From Auanema rhodensis (taxonomy: Eukaryota; Animalia; Nematoda): a DNA stretch of 11,383 bases. This document shows positions 8,690 through 11,383 of this stretch, piece after piece (the stretch's first letter is position 1; every line of letters begins with the position of its first letter). Both the position numbers and the translations under genes were made by a program. The DNA is taken from the NCBI GenBank assembly GCA_964057225.1, contig CAXKVF010000001.1, forward strand, positions 1-11,383. Direction: 5' to 3'. The notes below the pieces were generated by a model that did not search any database, had not been told where the DNA came from, and worked only from the letters and a program-made list of their open reading frames with translations.

Positions 8690-8880
8690 TATGAGTAGAC
8701 AGAATGAAGAATTCTTGAAGAGTTATAAGGAACAAAAAACCACAGTTGAAATCAATTCGAGTGTTCAAACTCTGGAATCCTTGAATCTGAATAATACTCA
8801 TTACTGAAACCGAAACTAGGATTCAGATGACCGATAGAACTCAGAAAAAGAATATTTCAAGGTGTCGGAAGGTAAAACAT

Positions 8881-8953
8881 TGCCCCGAACCAGGATCGAA
8901 CTGGTGACCTTTAGATCTTCAGTCTAACGCTCTCCCAACTGAGCTATCGAGGC
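8881..8953 (-). tRNA. tRNA-Phe-GAA: tRNA-Phe(GAA) copy 34
   Basis: Identical to consensus cloverleaf. Confidence 0.98.
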
Positions 8954-9144
8954 TATGAGTAGACAGAATAAAGATTTCTTGAAGAGTTATCAGTGTCAGA
9001 AAACCACTGTTGAAATCAATTCGAGTGTTCAAACTCTGGAATCCTTGAATCTGAATAATACTCATTACTGAAACCGAAACTAGGATTCAGATGACCGATA
9101 GAACTCAGAAAAAGAATATTTCAAGGTGTCGGAAGGTAATACAT

Positions 9145-9217
9145 TGCCCCGAACCAGGATCGAACTGGTGACCTTTAGATCTTCAGTCTAACGCTCTCCC
9201 AACTGAGCTATCGAGGC
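9145..9217 (-). tRNA. tRNA-Phe-GAA: tRNA-Phe(GAA) copy 35 (proximal T4 terminator mutated)
   Basis: Consensus cloverleaf; a>t at 9140 in the 3' trailer. Confidence 0.97.
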
Positions 9218-9408
9218 TATGAGTAGACAGAATAAAGATTTCTTGAAGAGTTATCAGTGTCAGAAAACCACTGTTGAAATCAATTCGAGTGTTCAAACTC
9301 TGGAATCCTTGAATCTGAATAATACTCATTACTGAAACCGAAACTAGGAATCAGATGACCGATAGAACTCAGAAAAAGAATATTTCAAGGTGTCGGAATG
9401 TAAAACAT

Positions 9409-9481
9409 TGCCCCGAACCAGGATCGAACTGGTGACCTTTAGATCTTCAGTCTAACGCTCTCCCAACTGAGCTATCGAGGC
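9409..9481 (-). tRNA. tRNA-Phe-GAA: tRNA-Phe(GAA) copy 36
   Basis: Identical to consensus cloverleaf. Confidence 0.98.
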
Positions 9482-9672
9482 TATGAGTAGACAGAATAAA
9501 GATTTCTTGAAGAGTTATCAGTGTCAGAAAACCACTGTTGAAATCAATTCGAGTGTTCAAACTCTGGAATCCTTGAATCTGAATAATACTCATTACTGAA
9601 ACCGAAACTAGGATTCAGATGACCGATAGAACTCAGAAAAAGAATATTTCAAGGTGTCGGAAGGTAAAACAT

Positions 9673-9745
9673 TGCCCCGAACCAGGATCGAACTGGTGAC
9701 CTTTAGATCTTCAGTCTAACGCTCTCCCAACTGAGCTATCGAGGC
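9673..9745 (-). tRNA. tRNA-Phe-GAA: tRNA-Phe(GAA) copy 37
   Basis: Identical to consensus cloverleaf. Confidence 0.98.
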
Positions 9746-9936
9746 TATGAGTAGACAGAATAAAGATTTCTTGAAGAGTTATCAGTGTCAGAAAACCACT
9801 GTTGAAATCAATTCGAGTGTTCAAACTCTGGAATCCTTGAATCTGAATAATACTCATTACTGAAACCGAAACTAGGATTCAGATGACCGATAGAACTCAG
9901 AAAAAGAATATTTCAAGGTGTCGGAAGGTAAAACAT

Positions 9937-10009
9937 TGCCCCGAACCAGGATCGAACTGGTGACCTTTAGATCTTCAGTCTAACGCTCTCCCAACTGAGC
10001 TATCGAGGC
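9937..10009 (-). tRNA. tRNA-Phe-GAA: tRNA-Phe(GAA) copy 38
   Basis: Identical to consensus cloverleaf. Confidence 0.98.
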
Positions 10010-10200
10010 TATGAGTAGACAGAATAAAGAATTCTTGAAGAGTTATCAGGAACAGAAAACCACAGTTGAAATCAATTCGAGTGTTCAAACTCTAGAATCC
10101 TCGAATCTGAATAATACTCATTACTGAAACCGAAACTAGGATTCAGATGACCGATAGAACTCAGAAAAAGAATATTTCAAGGTGTCGGAATGTAAAACAT

Positions 10201-10273
10201 TGCCCCGAACCAGGATCGAACTGGTGACCTTTAGATCTTCAGTCTAACGCTCTCCCAACTGAGCTATCGAGGC
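10201..10273 (-). tRNA. tRNA-Phe-GAA: tRNA-Phe(GAA) copy 39
   Basis: Identical to consensus cloverleaf. Confidence 0.98.
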
Positions 10274-10464
10274 TATGAGTAGACAGAATAAAGATTTCTT
10301 GAAGAGTTATCAGTGTCAGAAAACCACTGTTGAAATCAATTCGAGTGTTCAAACTCTGGAATCCTTGAATCTGAATAATACTCATTACTGAAACCGAAAC
10401 TAGGAATCAGATGACCGATAGAACTCAGAAAAAGAATATTTCAAGGTGTCGGAATGTAAAACAT

Positions 10465-10537
10465 TGCCCCGAACCAGGATCGAACTGGTGACCTTTAGAT
10501 CTTCAGTCTAACGCTCTCCCAACTGAGCTATCGAGGC
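10465..10537 (-). tRNA. tRNA-Phe-GAA: tRNA-Phe(GAA) copy 40
   Basis: Identical to consensus cloverleaf. Confidence 0.98.
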
Positions 10538-10728
10538 TATGAGTAGACAGAATAAAGATTTCTTGAAGAGTTATCAGTGTCAGAAAACCACTGTTGAAAT
10601 CAATTCGAGTGTTCAAACTCTGGAATCCTTGAATCTGAATAATACTCATTACTGAAACCGAAACTAGGATTCAGATGACCGATAGAACTCAGAAAAAGAA
10701 TATTTCAAGGTGTCGGAAGGTAAAACAT

Positions 10729-10801
10729 TGCCCCGAACCAGGATCGAACTGGTGACCTTTAGATCTTCAGTCTAACGCTCTCCCAACTGAGCTATCGAGG
10801 C
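10729..10801 (-). tRNA. tRNA-Phe-GAA: tRNA-Phe(GAA) copy 41
   Basis: Identical to consensus cloverleaf. Confidence 0.98.
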
Positions 10802-10992
10802 TATGAGTAGACAGAATAAAGATTTCTTGAAGAGTTATCAGTGTCAGAAAACCACTGTTGAAATCAATTCGAGTGTTCAAACTCTGGAATCCTTGAATCT
10901 GAATAATACTCATTACTGAAACCGAAACTAGGATTCAGATGACCGATAGAACTCAGAAAAAGAATATTTCAAGGTGTCGGAAGGTAAAACAT

Positions 10993-11065
10993 TGCCCCGA
11001 ACCAGGATCGAACTGGTGACCTTTAGATCTTCAGTCTAACGCTCTCCCAACTGAGCTATCGAGGC
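10993..11065 (-). tRNA. tRNA-Phe-GAA: tRNA-Phe(GAA) copy 42 (normal 5' flank displaced by a truncated tRNA copy)
   Basis: Consensus cloverleaf; only 5 nt of the normal upstream flank remain before the junction at 11069-11070. Confidence 0.96.
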
Positions 11066-11068
11066 TAT

Positions 11069-11128
11069 GATCGAACTGGTGACCTTTAGATCTTCAGTCT
11101 AACGCTCTCCCAACTGAGCTATCGAGGC
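11069..11128 (-). pseudogene. 3'-truncated tRNA-Phe (nt 1-60), fused 3 nt upstream of copy 42
   Basis: gaggctatGA runs directly into tcgaactggtgacc...gaggc. tRNA nt 61-73 (3' T-stem strand, 3' acceptor strand) are absent; 2-bp GA microhomology at the junction. Confidence 0.93.
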
Positions 11129-11319
11129 TATGAGTAGACAGAATAAAGATTTCTTGAAGAGTTATCAGTGTCAGAAAACCACTGTTGAAATCAATTCGAG
11201 TGTTCAAACTCTGGAATCCTTGAATCTGAATAATACTCATTACTGAAACCGAAACTAGGATTCAGATGACCGATAGAACCCAGAAAAGGAATATTTCAAG
11301 GTGTCGGAAGGAAAAACAT

Positions 11320-11383
11320 TGCCCCGAACCAGGATCGAACTGGTGACCTTTAGATCTTCAGTCTAACGCTCTCCCAACTGAGC
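11320..11383 (-). tRNA. tRNA-Phe-GAA: tRNA-Phe(GAA) copy 43, partial (nt 10-73; 5' end beyond window edge)
   Basis: Matches consensus up to the last base of the window. Confidence 0.9.

Larger units (their letters stand above)
1..11383. repeat. Tandem array of a 264-bp tRNA-Phe gene unit (73-bp tRNA + 191-bp spacer), about 43 units
   Basis: The sequence recurs with an exact 264-bp period (e.g. tcttgaagag at 1, 1321, 2641 ... 10561, every 5 units). The only phase shift is +63 bp at about 11070. Units differ otherwise only by substitutions. Confidence 0.99.

Noticed and set aside
1-11065. Unit length 264 is divisible by 3, suggesting a repetitive protein
   Set aside because: All six frames contain stop codons in the unit (e.g. 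TAG, TAG, TGA within the tRNA on the minus strand; TGA in all three plus frames).
1-11383. CRISPR array or phage/bacterial tRNA array
   Set aside because: The intervening sequences are near-identical rather than unique spacers, the repeat is a full tRNA, only one isoacceptor is present, and the gene has eukaryotic features (G20, no CCA, oligo-T right after the discriminator).
169-11383. tRNA-derived SINE array or anticodon-switched/suppressor copies
   Set aside because: The tRNA is a perfect full cloverleaf terminated immediately, with no SINE body, tail or TSDs. The anticodon loop (plus-strand tcttcag) is unchanged in every copy.

Overview
The whole window is a head-to-tail tandem array of a 264-bp unit (about 43 units; both window ends fall inside the array). 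Each unit carries one intronless 73-nt eukaryotic-type tRNA-Phe(GAA) gene on the minus strand (GCCTCGATAGCTCAGTTGGGAGAGCGTTAGACTGAAGATCTAAAGGTCACCAGTTCGATCCTGGTTCGGGGCA, no encoded CCA) and a 191-bp AT-rich spacer containing a proximal T4 and a distal T5 candidate Pol III terminator. There are 42 complete genes (37 identical, 5 with private single substitutions), one gene cut off by the window end, and one 3'-truncated copy (nt 1-60) fused to copy 42 by the only length anomaly in the array (63-bp duplication or 201-bp deletion). Spacer substitutions define haplotypes that reveal a 9-unit (2376-bp) higher-order duplication, local duplications and recombinant units. Some haplotypes carry a TTATAA at -39..-34 of the tRNA. 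No protein-coding gene, CRISPR or mobile element is supported. The source is probably a eukaryotic (likely invertebrate animal) nuclear genome; this is an inference.
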